From the NCBI GenBank assembly GCA_004284765.1, contig NQJD01000002.1:187202-219201 (forward strand): DNA of 32,000 bases. Direction: 5' to 3'. Source of the stretch: Candidatus Electronema aureum (lineage in GTDB: Bacteria > Desulfobacterota > Desulfobulbia > Desulfobulbales > Desulfobulbaceae). The translations under genes were made by a program, and so were the position numbers. Shown here piece by piece: positions 24,073 to 32,000 of the stretch (positions are counted from its first letter, which is position 1; each line of letters begins with the position of its first letter). The notes below the pieces were generated by a model. That model searched no databases, was not told the DNA's origin, and was given only the letters and a program-made list of their open reading frames with translations.

Positions 24073-25683
24073 ATGTTTTGCACCGATATCCTCGTCATCG
24101 GCAGCGGCGTGGCAGGCTTGTCCTTCGCCCTCAAGATTTCCGCCTTTGCCCGCGTCACCCTGATCACTAAGAAGAAAAAGGCCGACAGTGCCACCAACTT
24201 GGCGCAGGGCGGTGTGGCAGCAGTGCTGTCTGCTGAAGATCGATTGGAGGATCATGTCAATGATACCCTCATTTCTGGCGACGGTCTCTGCAATGAAGAA
24301 ATCGTCCGCTTGGTGGTGACTGAAGGGCCAGAGCGGGTACGAGAGTTAGCCCTTCTTGGTGTGAACTTCCAGCGCGGCAAGGCAGGCGGGGAATTTGATC
24401 TCGGCATGGAGGGCGGTCATTCCGCCCGGCGGGTGGCGCACGCCAAAGACCTGACTGGTCGCGAGATTGAGACTGCCCTGCTTGCTCAAGTTTATGCCAA
24501 CCCGCAGATCGAGGTGCTGGAAGATCACATGGCTATCGATCTGCTCATAGAATCGAAGGCCACGGGCTGGAAAGAGGGCAATGACCGCTGCCTCGGTGCC
24601 TACGTCCTCAATCGCAGCACCGGCGAGGTCGAAACGTGGCGGGCCAAAGTGACGGTGCTGTGCAGCGGCGGTTGCGGCAAGGTCTATCGTTACACGACCA
24701 ACCCGGATATTGCCACGGGCGACGGCGTGGTCATGGCGTGGCGGGCAGGCGCACAAGTAGCAAACTTGGAGTTTGTCCAATTCCACCCCACGTGCTTCTT
24801 CAATCGCTACGTCAAGAACTTCCTCATCTCTGAGGCGGTGCGCGGCGAGGGCGGTATTCTGCTCAATGACCAAGGCATTCCCTTTATGAAGGGCTACGAC
24901 AGTCGAGGCGATTTAGCCACGCGGGATGCGGTGGCGCGAGGCATAGACGCAGAGATGAAGAAGAGCGGCGCAGATTGCGTCTATCTTGACATCACCCACA
25001 AGGGCCGCGCGTTCCTCCAGCAGCGCTTTCCCAATATCTACGGCACCTGCCTGCACTACGGAATCGACATCAGTAAACAGCCGATTCCAGTGGTGCCAGC
25101 GGCGCATTACATGTGCGGCGGAGTGCGGGTGGATGAGTGGGGATGCAGCTCGGTCGGCAATCTTTTAGCCTTGGGTGAGACCGCCTGTACTGGTCTGCAC
25201 GGGGCTAATCGTTTAGCTAGCAACTCGCTCTTAGAGGCGGTGGTGTTTGCCCACAGAGGCGCGCAATGGGTGCAAAGAAATTGGTCAGAGCTACAACGTC
25301 AGCCCTTACCGACAGTGCAGGCTTGGCGCACTGGCTTTGCCCGCTCCATCGAGGAAAACGTGCTGATCAGCCACAACTGGGATCAGGTGCGGCAGTTGAT
25401 GTGGGATTACGTTGGCATAGTTCGTAGCAAAAAGCGGCTCCAGCTTGCCACTCGGCAGCTTGCGCCCATCCTTGCCGAGACCAAGGAGCATTTTCATGAC
25501 TACTTACTCACGCCTGATCTGGTTGAGCTGCGCAATATCGTCCTCATTGCCGAGTTGATCATCTATAGTGCTTCGCTGCGCCACGAATCAAGGGGATTGC
25601 ATTATATCACCGACTTCCCAGAGAAGGATGACGCGCAATTCGGTCAAGACACGGTGATAGAGAAGAACGATGGCTCTATGTAG
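24073..25683 (+). CDS. nadB: L-aspartate oxidase
   Basis: Start at ATG 24073 (MFCTDILVIGSGVAGLSFAL, FAD GxGxxG). Motifs EFVQFHPT, RGEGGILLN, GLHGANRLASNSLLE. About 536 aa. Confidence 0.92.
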   Translation: MFCTDILVIGSGVAGLSFALKISAFARVTLITKKKKADSATNLAQGGVAAVLSAEDRLEDHVNDTLISGDGLCNEEIVRLVVTEGPERVRELALLGVNFQRGKAGGEFDLGMEGGHSARRVAHAKDLTGREIETALLAQVYANPQIEVLEDHMAIDLLIESKATGWKEGNDRCLGAYVLNRSTGEVETWRAKVTVLCSGGCGKVYRYTTNPDIATGDGVVMAWRAGAQVANLEFVQFHPTCFFNRYVKNFLISEAVRGEGGILLNDQGIPFMKGYDSRGDLATRDAVARGIDAEMKKSGADCVYLDITHKGRAFLQQRFPNIYGTCLHYGIDISKQPIPVVPAAHYMCGGVRVDEWGCSSVGNLLALGETACTGLHGANRLASNSLLEAVVFAHRGAQWVQRNWSELQRQPLPTVQAWRTGFARSIEENVLISHNWDQVRQLMWDYVGIVRSKKRLQLATRQLAPILAETKEHFHDYLLTPDLVELRNIVLIAELIIYSASLRHESRGLHYITDFPEKDDAQFGQDTVIEKNDGSM

Positions 25684-25747
25684 AAGTCTAAGTTTTGGAA
25701 TTTGATAATCTAACTGATCAACTGTGTAACGCCTAAGGAGATTCAAC

Positions 25748-26722
25748 ATGGTCTTTCCCGAATATCGCCCACGCCGGATGCGGCAGAATGAGAACTTCCG
25801 CGCTATGATTCGCGAAACCCGCTTGGCCCCAGAGCAGCTTGTGTATCCACTCTTTGTCATGCCGGGTAAGGGTAAGAAAGAAGAGGTGCCTTCCATGCCG
25901 GGCGTGTTCCGCCTTTCGGTGGATCAGCTCAAGCAAGAGGCTAAGGACTGCCTTGAAGTCGGTGTCCGCTCAGTGATTCTCTTTGGCCTACCAGAGAAAA
26001 AGGATGCGGTTGGCTCTGGTGCGCACGCGAAAAACGGCATAGTCCAGCAGGCGATTAAGGAGCTGAAGAACACCGCACCGGATATCATGGTGATTACAGA
26101 TGTTTGCCTCTGCGAATATACTGACCACGGTCATTGCGGCTGTCTTGCGGGCAAAGAGGTTGATAACGATGCTACCTTGGAATTGTTGGCCAAGACCGCG
26201 CTTTCTCATGCCCAAGCCGGGGCTGATATGGTTGCACCTTCAGATATGATGGATGGCCGAGTGAGCGAAATTCGCAGCACCTTGGATGAGAACGATTTCC
26301 ACAACGTGCCGATCATGTCGTACGCGGTGAAATACGCTTCAGCCTTTTACGGCCCTTTCCGTGATGCCGCTGACTGTGCGCCTCAGTTCGGTGATCGCTG
26401 CAGTTATCAGATGGACCCGGCTAACAGCCGCGAGGCTCTACGTGAAGCCACCTTGGATGTCGATGAAGGTGCGGATATTTTGATGGTCAAACCAGCGGTT
26501 GCCTATTTAGACATCATCAGTCGCCTGCGCGATGAATTTGATCTGCCGATTGCAGCCTATCATGTTAGCGGCGAATATGCGATGATTAAGGCAGCAGCAG
26601 CACGGGGCTGGATCGATGAACAACGGGTGATGGCTGAGACTCTGCTTTCAATCAGGCGAGCAGGGGCAGATATTATCCTGACCTATTTTGCCAAGGATAT
26701 GGCGAGGATGCTGCGGGGATAG
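25748..26722 (+). CDS. hemB: porphobilinogen synthase (delta-aminolevulinate dehydratase), Zn-type
   Basis: Motifs [11 protein letters not shown], Cys-rich zinc site [14 protein letters not shown], active-site lysine context MVKPA, and YHVSGEYAM. Confidence 0.95.
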   Translation: MVFPEYRPRRMRQNENFRAMIRETRLAPEQLVYPLFVMPGKGKKEEVPSMPGVFRLSVDQLKQEAKDCLEVGVRSVILFGLPEKKDAVGSGAHAKNGIVQQAIKELKNTAPDIMVITDVCLCEYTDHGHCGCLAGKEVDNDATLELLAKTALSHAQAGADMVAPSDMMDGRVSEIRSTLDENDFHNVPIMSYAVKYASAFYGPFRDAADCAPQFGDRCSYQMDPANSREALREATLDVDEGADILMVKPAVAYLDIISRLRDEFDLPIAAYHVSGEYAMIKAAAARGWIDEQRVMAETLLSIRRAGADIILTYFAKDMARMLRG

Positions 26723-26836
26723 AGAAAGTTCTTTCGGCGGTGGAAAAACTGTTCGCCGCCGAAAGGTAAACATGAGACCTGCTGCATAACTCATTCGCTG
26801 AGATCAGACGGCACTTCCTACATGAATATACCTCTT

Positions 26837-27241
26837 TCAGATCTCTCGCCAACGCCTCATTCTGCGCCTTGATAAGCCGGTCAAGCGCACATCATCATGG
26901 CCACCGCCGTCCGCTTCCGGCTGCTCTCTCCAACTGTCCGGCTGGTGATTGCCAAGCCAGTATTTAAAGGCCGCCGTGTCGAGCGGCATCTGCTTGCGCC
27001 GGGTGACTTTCTTCAGCAGCTTGCCCCCGGCATCCTCTTCTGTCATCACCTCTTCAAGGACGTAAATCCCTGCCGCTCTGGACTTCAGGCTTTCTTCCAT
27101 CCTGCCGCTGTCGAAAGCGTCTTTGCCTGCCCGTACCGCAGCGGCAAAGTCCTCATGCTCCTGCTTCCACAGATAAAAGGTTGACCGGGCCACGCCCAAC
27201 GCCTTTATCACCTCGTTGTCAGTTGCGCCGCCCCTGAACAT
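26837..27241 (-). CDS. phage terminase small-subunit-like HTH protein (orphan, possibly N-terminally truncated)
   Basis: GATDNEVIKALGVARSTFYLWKQEHEDFAAAVRAGKDAFDSGRMEESLKSRAAG...PLDTAAFKYWLGNHQPDSWREQ matches the pattern I know from phage TerS-like proteins (GAT..EIA..LGVS..T...W...HPEF..A...G....D..VE.SL..RA.G...PDT.A..FWLKNR.P..WRD). ATG 27241; the alternative GTG at 27250 has no good RBS either. Confidence 0.65.
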   Translation of the reverse strand: MFRGGATDNEVIKALGVARSTFYLWKQEHEDFAAAVRAGKDAFDSGRMEESLKSRAAGIYVLEEVMTEEDAGGKLLKKVTRRKQMPLDTAAFKYWLGNHQPDSWREQPEADGGGHDDVRLTGLSRRRMRRWREI

Positions 27242-27334
27242 GCCTTCCACAAGGCTGTTTTATTTCTGATCGTATTCAGTCGGCCTGCCCTTCGCAGAAA
27301 TATTCCTTGCAATATATTCCTGTCTCGATAAGAT

Positions 27335-27348
27335 AGTAATAGATTACT
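27335..27348. promoter_or_regulatory. candidate TetR operator palindrome
   Basis: AGTAAT-AG-ATTACT perfect inverted repeat 19 nt upstream of the tetR-family ATG, in the divergent intergenic region. Confidence 0.3.
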
Positions 27349-27366
27349 TACTTTAGGGTGCAAGCA

Positions 27367-27966
27367 ATGAGCAAACATCTCCCGGCAGATGAACGGCGAG
27401 CGGCCACAGTAGAAGCAGTGATCGATCTGGCTGCTGAACAAAACCCAAGCGACATCACCACTACGGCGATTGCACGACGCATGGGGCTGACCCAAGGTGC
27501 GCTGTTCCGGCATTTTCTGACCAAGGATGCCATCCTGGAAGCTGTAATGAGCTGGGTGACAGAACGCCTCCTTGTTCGGACAGACAAAGCGGCGCAAAGT
27601 TCCGCTTCTCCGGTTGCTGCGCTTGAGGCGGTTTTCATGGCACATATCGACTTTGTTTCCGAGCACCCAGGCGTGCCAAGGATTCTCTTTGGTGAATTGC
27701 AGCGAGCCGGAGACACTCTGCCAAAGAAAATGGTTCAGACCCTGATCAAGCACTACGGAGAACGCATACATCGGCTGCTTGAAATGGGAAAAGCGTGCGG
27801 GGAACTTGATGCGGGCTTGGATGTGGATGCTGCCTCCGTCTTGTTCATCGGGTCAATTCAAGGCTTGGTGATGCAATCCCTGATCGCAGGCGACGTGACT
27901 CGCCTTCGCCAAGACGCAGCAGGTGTTTTCTGCATTTATCACCAAGGCATCAAGAGGGCAGCATGA
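27367..27966 (+). CDS. TetR/AcrR family transcriptional regulator
   Basis: N-terminal HTH TTTAIARRMGLTQGALFRHFLTKDAILEAV. ATG 27367 is preferred over the listed GTG at 27358. The stop overlaps the next start (ATGA). Confidence 0.85.
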   Translation: MSKHLPADERRAATVEAVIDLAAEQNPSDITTTAIARRMGLTQGALFRHFLTKDAILEAVMSWVTERLLVRTDKAAQSSASPVAALEAVFMAHIDFVSEHPGVPRILFGELQRAGDTLPKKMVQTLIKHYGERIHRLLEMGKACGELDAGLDVDAASVLFIGSIQGLVMQSLIAGDVTRLRQDAAGVFCIYHQGIKRAA

Positions 27967-29114
27967 AACTTCCACATCTTCATTGCCGCACATTCGCGCT
28001 CATCACCGTTATTGCCCCGTTGCTGGTTCTGTTCATTTATGTCGCCATGCATTCGGGGCCGTTAGCTCCGGTGAAAGTGACAGTCAGCACTGTGGAATCC
28101 AAATCAGTCGCTCCTGCTTTATTCGGTATTGGCACAGTGCAAGCGCGATTTACCTACAAGATTGGCCCTACCTTCACTGGGCGCGTCAAGTGGCTTGATG
28201 TGCATGTCGGCGATACCGTGAAAGCCGCCCAAGTGCTGGGAGAGATGGATACAGTGGATTTGGACGACCGCATCGTCGCGCAGCAAGCGGCCATCAAGAG
28301 TTCGGAGGCAGTCGTGCGACAAGCAAAGGCGAAGCAATCCTTTGCGCAAATACAGGTCACACGCTACGAACAACTTCTGGCGGTGCGCGGCGCCAGCAAG
28401 GAAAACGTCGCAACTAAACAACAAGAATTGACGGTGGCGAATGCCGCACTGGCTGCCGCAGGCGAGGATGTCATCCGTCTGCGAGCCGAGTTGGAAGGGC
28501 TTCGGACGCAACGCGGCAATTTGAGACTGGTGGCCCCTGCGGCTGGATTGGTGACGGCGCGTGATGCCGAGCCGGGCACCACTGTGGTTGCAGGACAAAC
28601 GGTGATTGAGGTCATTGATCCGACAAGTCTTTGGGTCGATGCGCGTTTCGATCAGATCAGCGCTGAAGGACTGGCAGCAGGCCTGCCTGCTCAGATTGTC
28701 CTGCGCTCACGACGAACCCAGAGCCAATCTGGCAGCGTGTTGCGCATCGAGCCGCGTGCTGATGCCGTAACCGAAGAAATCCTGACAAAGATTGTTTTCG
28801 ACATAACACCAGCGCCGCTGCCGCCCTTGGGTGAATCGGCTGAAGTCACGGTGCAGCTGGACAAACTGTCCGCTGCGCCGGTCGTCCTTAATGCGGCCAT
28901 ACGCACGGTCGATGGGCAACGCGGCGCGTGGAGGCTTGTTGATGGGGATTTGATCTTCACGCCGCTCACACTGGGTCGTTCCGATCTGGACGGCTGTGTT
29001 CAGATCATCAAAGGATTGACTGTCGGTGACCGCGTGGTGCTCTACAGCGAAAAGGCGCTCAGCGCCAAAAGCCGGATTGTCATCGTCGAGCGTCTGGCTG
29101 GAATGTCGCCATGA
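27963..29114 (+). CDS. efflux membrane-fusion (HlyD/DevB/MacA-type periplasmic adaptor) protein
   Basis: N-terminal TM helix, lipoyl-like GRVKWLDVHVGDTVKAAQVLGEMD, a long coiled-coil (QQAAIKSSEAVVRQAKAKQSFAQIQ...), and beta-barrel segments. Confidence 0.85.
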   Translation: MKLPHLHCRTFALITVIAPLLVLFIYVAMHSGPLAPVKVTVSTVESKSVAPALFGIGTVQARFTYKIGPTFTGRVKWLDVHVGDTVKAAQVLGEMDTVDLDDRIVAQQAAIKSSEAVVRQAKAKQSFAQIQVTRYEQLLAVRGASKENVATKQQELTVANAALAAAGEDVIRLRAELEGLRTQRGNLRLVAPAAGLVTARDAEPGTTVVAGQTVIEVIDPTSLWVDARFDQISAEGLAAGLPAQIVLRSRRTQSQSGSVLRIEPRADAVTEEILTKIVFDITPAPLPPLGESAEVTVQLDKLSAAPVVLNAAIRTVDGQRGAWRLVDGDLIFTPLTLGRSDLDGCVQIIKGLTVGDRVVLYSEKALSAKSRIVIVERLAGMSP

Positions 29115-30313
29115 TCAGCTTGGCCGGGCGGGATATTCTGCATGCGTGGGGAAAATTTATCTTCACCGGCGTAGGACTCGGCCTGCTGATTGGTGTCACT
29201 TTGATCATGGCTGGCGTATATCGCGGCATGGTCGATGACGGCAAGATTCTGCTGAACAACAGCGGCGCAGACCTGTGGGTAGTGCAAAAAGACACGCTTG
29301 GCCCCTACGCCGAGTCGTCCAGCATTCCTGACGATCTCTGGCGCAGCATTCGCACCATGCCCGGCGTGGCACAGGCAGCCAATGTCACCTATCTGACAAT
29401 GCAGGTCAGAAAAGGCGACAAGGACGTGCGAGCCATGGTGGTGGGCATCACGGCTGGAGAACCGGGAACGCTTGGCTGGCCGCCGCAACTCACAGCAGGC
29501 CGCCAGATCACACGCGGCCACTACGAGGCCGTCACCGACATGGCGACCGGTTTTCGACTTGGAGATGCGCTCAATATTCGCCGCAACCGCTACACAGTGG
29601 TTGGCCTCACGCGCCGCATGGTGTCCTCAAGCGGTGACCCGATGGTGTTCATTCCGCTCAAAGATGCGCAGGAGGCGCAGTTTCTCAAGGACAACGATGC
29701 CATCCTGATGCAGCGTCGTCGCATTGAGGCAAATCCCGCCTTCAATCGCCCCAGTGTGCCAGGCCTGCTTGATGCAGTGATCTCCTCGCAGACCAGCAAC
29801 AACTCGGTCAATGCCGTGCTGGTGCGCATCCGGCCCGATTATCCCCCGGAAGATGTGGCAAATCCAATCCAGCGCTGGAAACGATTCACCGTTTATGACC
29901 GCACGCAGATGGAAGAGATTCTGGTGGGCAAACTCATCGCCACATCGGCCAAGCAAATTGCCATGTTTTTAGTAATTCTGGCCATCGTCAGCGCAACTAT
30001 CGTGGCGTTCATCATTTACAGTCTGACTATGGACAAAATTCGTGAGATTGCCGTGCTCAAGCTGATTGGCACGAAAAATCGCACCATCGCAGCAATGATC
30101 CTGCAACAGGCGCTGGTGTTGGGGATGATTGGATTCGTGGTTGGCAAGGTTGCCGCAACCTTCGCTGCTCCCTTGTTTCCAAAATATGTGCTGCTGGTGC
30201 CTGCTGACTCGATCACTGGATTCTTTGTTTTGCTTGTCATTTGTGTGCTGTCAAGCATTGTCGCTATCCGCATGGCGCTCAAGGTCGATCCTGCTGAAGC
30301 GATAGGAGGCTGA
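29111..30313 (+). CDS. ABC transporter permease, FtsX/MacB/DevC type
   Basis: 400 aa: one N-terminal TM helix, a large periplasmic domain, and three C-terminal TM helices (FtsX-like). ATGA overlap with the MFP gene. Confidence 0.85.
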   Translation: MISLAGRDILHAWGKFIFTGVGLGLLIGVTLIMAGVYRGMVDDGKILLNNSGADLWVVQKDTLGPYAESSSIPDDLWRSIRTMPGVAQAANVTYLTMQVRKGDKDVRAMVVGITAGEPGTLGWPPQLTAGRQITRGHYEAVTDMATGFRLGDALNIRRNRYTVVGLTRRMVSSSGDPMVFIPLKDAQEAQFLKDNDAILMQRRRIEANPAFNRPSVPGLLDAVISSQTSNNSVNAVLVRIRPDYPPEDVANPIQRWKRFTVYDRTQMEEILVGKLIATSAKQIAMFLVILAIVSATIVAFIIYSLTMDKIREIAVLKLIGTKNRTIAAMILQQALVLGMIGFVVGKVAATFAAPLFPKYVLLVPADSITGFFVLLVICVLSSIVAIRMALKVDPAEAIGG

Positions 30314-30315
30314 AG

Positions 30316-31026
30316 ATGGCAGCAAAAGGCATTCACATTGAAGGGTTGAGCAAGTGTTATGGCAAGGGCGATACAGCTGTCTTCGCCTTGAAGGATGCGA
30401 ACATGCATGTCCTGCCTGGCGAAGTGGTCGGCCTGATTGGTCCTTCAGGCTCAGGCAAGAGCACCTTGCTCAAATGTTTGGGCGCAGTGATCAACCCCAC
30501 CGCCGGACGCATGGTGCTGGGCGACGAGATAATTTTCGACAATGAATGGAAAGTGCGCGACCTGCGGGCATTGCGCCGCGACAAGATCGGTTTTGTGTTT
30601 CAGGCTCCCTATCTCATTCCGTTTCTTAATGTCACCGATAACGTGGCTTTGTTGCCAATGCTCGCTGGAGTGTCTAATGCCGAGGCACGAAAGAGCGCTC
30701 TCGATCTCCTCACCGCGCTGGATGTGCAACACCGCGCCAAGGCCATGCCCGTTCAGTTGTCCGGCGGCGAACAGCAACGCGTGGCCATCGCGCGCGGACT
30801 GGTCAACCGCCCGCCGGTGATATTGGCTGACGAGCCAACCGCGCCGCTGGATTCGGTACGGGCCATGGCGGTGATCCGCATCCTCAACGATATGGCCAAG
30901 CACTTTGAAACCGCCATCATCGTGGTCACCCACGATGAAAAGATCATACCGACCTTCAAACGTATCTACCACATCCGCGATGGCATCACGCACGAGGAAG
31001 CTGGCGAAGGGCGTAGTTTCGACTAG
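30316..31026 (+). CDS. ABC transporter ATP-binding protein (MacB/DevA/LolD-like)
   Basis: Walker A GPSGSGKST, signature LSGGEQQRVAIARG, Walker B VILADEPTAPLD, H-loop VVTHD. Confidence 0.92.
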   Translation: MAAKGIHIEGLSKCYGKGDTAVFALKDANMHVLPGEVVGLIGPSGSGKSTLLKCLGAVINPTAGRMVLGDEIIFDNEWKVRDLRALRRDKIGFVFQAPYLIPFLNVTDNVALLPMLAGVSNAEARKSALDLLTALDVQHRAKAMPVQLSGGEQQRVAIARGLVNRPPVILADEPTAPLDSVRAMAVIRILNDMAKHFETAIIVVTHDEKIIPTFKRIYHIRDGITHEEAGEGRSFD

Positions 31027-31496
31027 CCTGCCGGGACAGAGGCAGCACTGTGTGGGACCGGACTGTCCATCTTCATCCTTTCGCCGGGAATGGGCCAGAG
31101 GGCCGCTGTCAATATGGTGAACTGCAAGGCAAGTTTCGTGGACGTGTCAATGTCCGCCCGCATAAGGGCCTGCATAAACTCCGGCAGCTCATCGCCGGAC
31201 GACAGCGCGCGGCGCGGGCCTGTGAATCACCTTGCGGCTTTTTAAGGCGGCTCCCCGCATGTCGGCAGCGGGGTTATAAGTGGCACTGCCAGTCTGTACC
31301 GCATAGCGGAACACGGCGTTTCAATCTTTCCCACAGAACTCAGGCAGACTCCTTGCCGTCCACTCTGAAACGGTAACGCCATGTGCTTTTTCCAGACTCG
31401 GCGACATGAAAATAAAGCCCCTGACCATTAGGTCAGCTTGCAGGGTTTGTCTTTCGGCTTGGCTTGACGGATTTGAACAGCGGTAAGTTTTGACAT
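31027..31496 (-). pseudogene. degraded P4-type (DUF4102-N-terminal) tyrosine integrase remnant
   Basis: Hand translation of the minus strand gives four pieces in different frames. MSKLTAVQIRQAKPKDKPCKLT then TAA; shifted frame GQGLYFHVAESGKSTWRYRFRVDGKESA then TGA; VFRYAVQTGSATYNPAADMRGAALKSRKVIHRPA; and RALSSGDELPEFMQALMRADIDTSTKLALQFTILTAALWPIPGERMKMDSPVP, ending at the ABC gene stop. The catalytic R/K/HxxR/Y region is missing. Confidence 0.75.
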
Positions 31497-31625
31497 GGTG
31501 CGGCTATCGGGAAGGCAGCGCAAATAACGCAGCGGTTACGTTGTTTATCTTGTCAGATACCCGCAGTTATACCCGCTTCATGCAGCGGAAGTCAACGGAC
31601 TTTTTTGGACGGAAACGGAAGAAAA

Positions 31626-31662
31626 GGCAAAGAAAAACCCGCTAACCTGTTAAGGTTACGGG
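31626..31662 (-). terminator. rho-independent terminator (minus strand)
   Basis: Minus strand reads CCCGTAACC-TTAACA-GGTTAGCGGG (one bulged base) followed by TTTTTCTTTGCC. Confidence 0.55.
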
Positions 31663-31700
31663 CTTTATTGAACAATCGCGGGAGCGAATGGACTACTCTA

Positions 31701-31787
31701 TGGTGCCGGAGGTCGAAACTTTGGCACACAATGCAGAACGTTGATATGATGCTGTTTTGCTGCGCCAAACTTAAATCTGTCCGGCAC
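31701..31787 (-). other. 87-nt rod-like imperfect inverted repeat ending ...TTCGACCTCCGGCACCA (candidate sRNA or att/tRNA-derived relic)
   Basis: Outer 8-bp stem GTGCCGGA/TCCGGCAC, inner 9-bp stem TTTGGCGCA/TGTGCCAAA (one G-U), and apical GCAG..AAC/GTTCTGC. Lies 205 nt upstream of the integrase remnant start on the same strand and about 40 nt upstream of the minus-strand terminator. Confidence 0.3.
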
Positions 31788-32000
31788 AACATTCCGTATA
31801 TTCACTCTGTATAACGAAAGAATACCATACTTGAAACGGCTTAACCATATATTTTTTCATCACTTCGAGTTTGATTTAAACAAGTAAACCCCCGGCTCTG
31901 CCGGGGGACTCCCGAAGTTTGACAGTTCCGGGAAAATATAGAAGTCTCGCTATTCTGAACCGCTCAAAGTTCAAAAAGAGGAGACTTCCATGTACGACAG

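Noticed and set aside
26732-26764. Hairpin TTTCGGCGG...CCGCCGAAA after hemB as a terminator
   Set aside because: The 9-bp stem is good, but the loop is about 15 nt and no T-tract follows. It is at best a weak or non-canonical terminator, so it is not listed as a feature.
27208-27771. 187-aa and 122-aa minus-strand ORFs
   Set aside because: They are antisense to the TetR-family gene and run across the divergent promoter region into the terS-like gene. No motifs.
31050-31376. 108-aa plus-strand ORF
   Set aside because: It is the antisense shadow of the integrase remnant, whose family-typical peptides are readable on the minus strand.
31701-31787. tRNA (including tRNA-Sec, given the 8-bp outer stem) or tmRNA 3' domain
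   Set aside because: No T-stem complementary pair flanks the TTCGA-like loop. There is no D arm and no 7-nt anticodon loop with U33. The 7:66 pair is mismatched if CCA is taken as the end. It is kept only as a relic or sRNA candidate.
31990-32000. Possible gene start (AGAGGAG RBS, then ATGTACGACAG) at the window edge
   Set aside because: Only 11 nt of the frame are visible, so it cannot be supported as a CDS.

Overview
GC-rich bacterial chromosome segment (about 55-60% GC in sampled 60-nt lines). Its gene content fits an anaerobic, Desulfobacterota/deltaproteobacterium-like organism; that assignment is inference from MvhD, NapH-like polyferredoxin, cytoplasmic FDH and a sigma-54 activator. 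Housekeeping backbone: PreP-like peptidase (5' truncated), ftsB-like, tatC, serS, mpl, two tandem tRNA-Ser genes, nadB and hemB. Four regions stand out. (1) A translationally coupled two-gene unit at 13604-18309: an MvhD-like Fe-S protein plus a 1366-aa single-chain fusion of [2Fe-2S], a GltD/NfnB-like flavoprotein, polyferredoxin and a Cys-type formate dehydrogenase catalytic module. This is my best candidate for an undescribed redox system. (2) A scar-laden accessory region directly after mpl (10710-13603). It holds two identical 120-bp elements with terminal inverted repeats, a diverged frameshifted second copy of the mpl 3' end fused by ATGA to a roughly 30% GC polytopic membrane-protein gene, and a VOC/glyoxalase gene stub. 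(3) A decayed integrative element between hemB and the window end (about 26.7-31.8 kb): a phage terS-like gene, a TetR-regulated MFP/FtsX-permease/ATPase efflux operon, a heavily degraded P4-type integrase remnant abutting the ABC stop codon, and a rod-like 87-nt inverted repeat with an intrinsic terminator where an att/tRNA would be expected. (4) Smaller oddities: a frameshift-split membrane protein gene, a perfect 18-bp palindrome beside a C-rich tract, an IscA/HesB-like protein with a Cys/Gly-rich tail, and an unlisted 49-aa CxxC micro-ORF coupled to a membrane polyferredoxin and an SH3b protein. All functional calls rest on motif recognition by eye; no searches were run.
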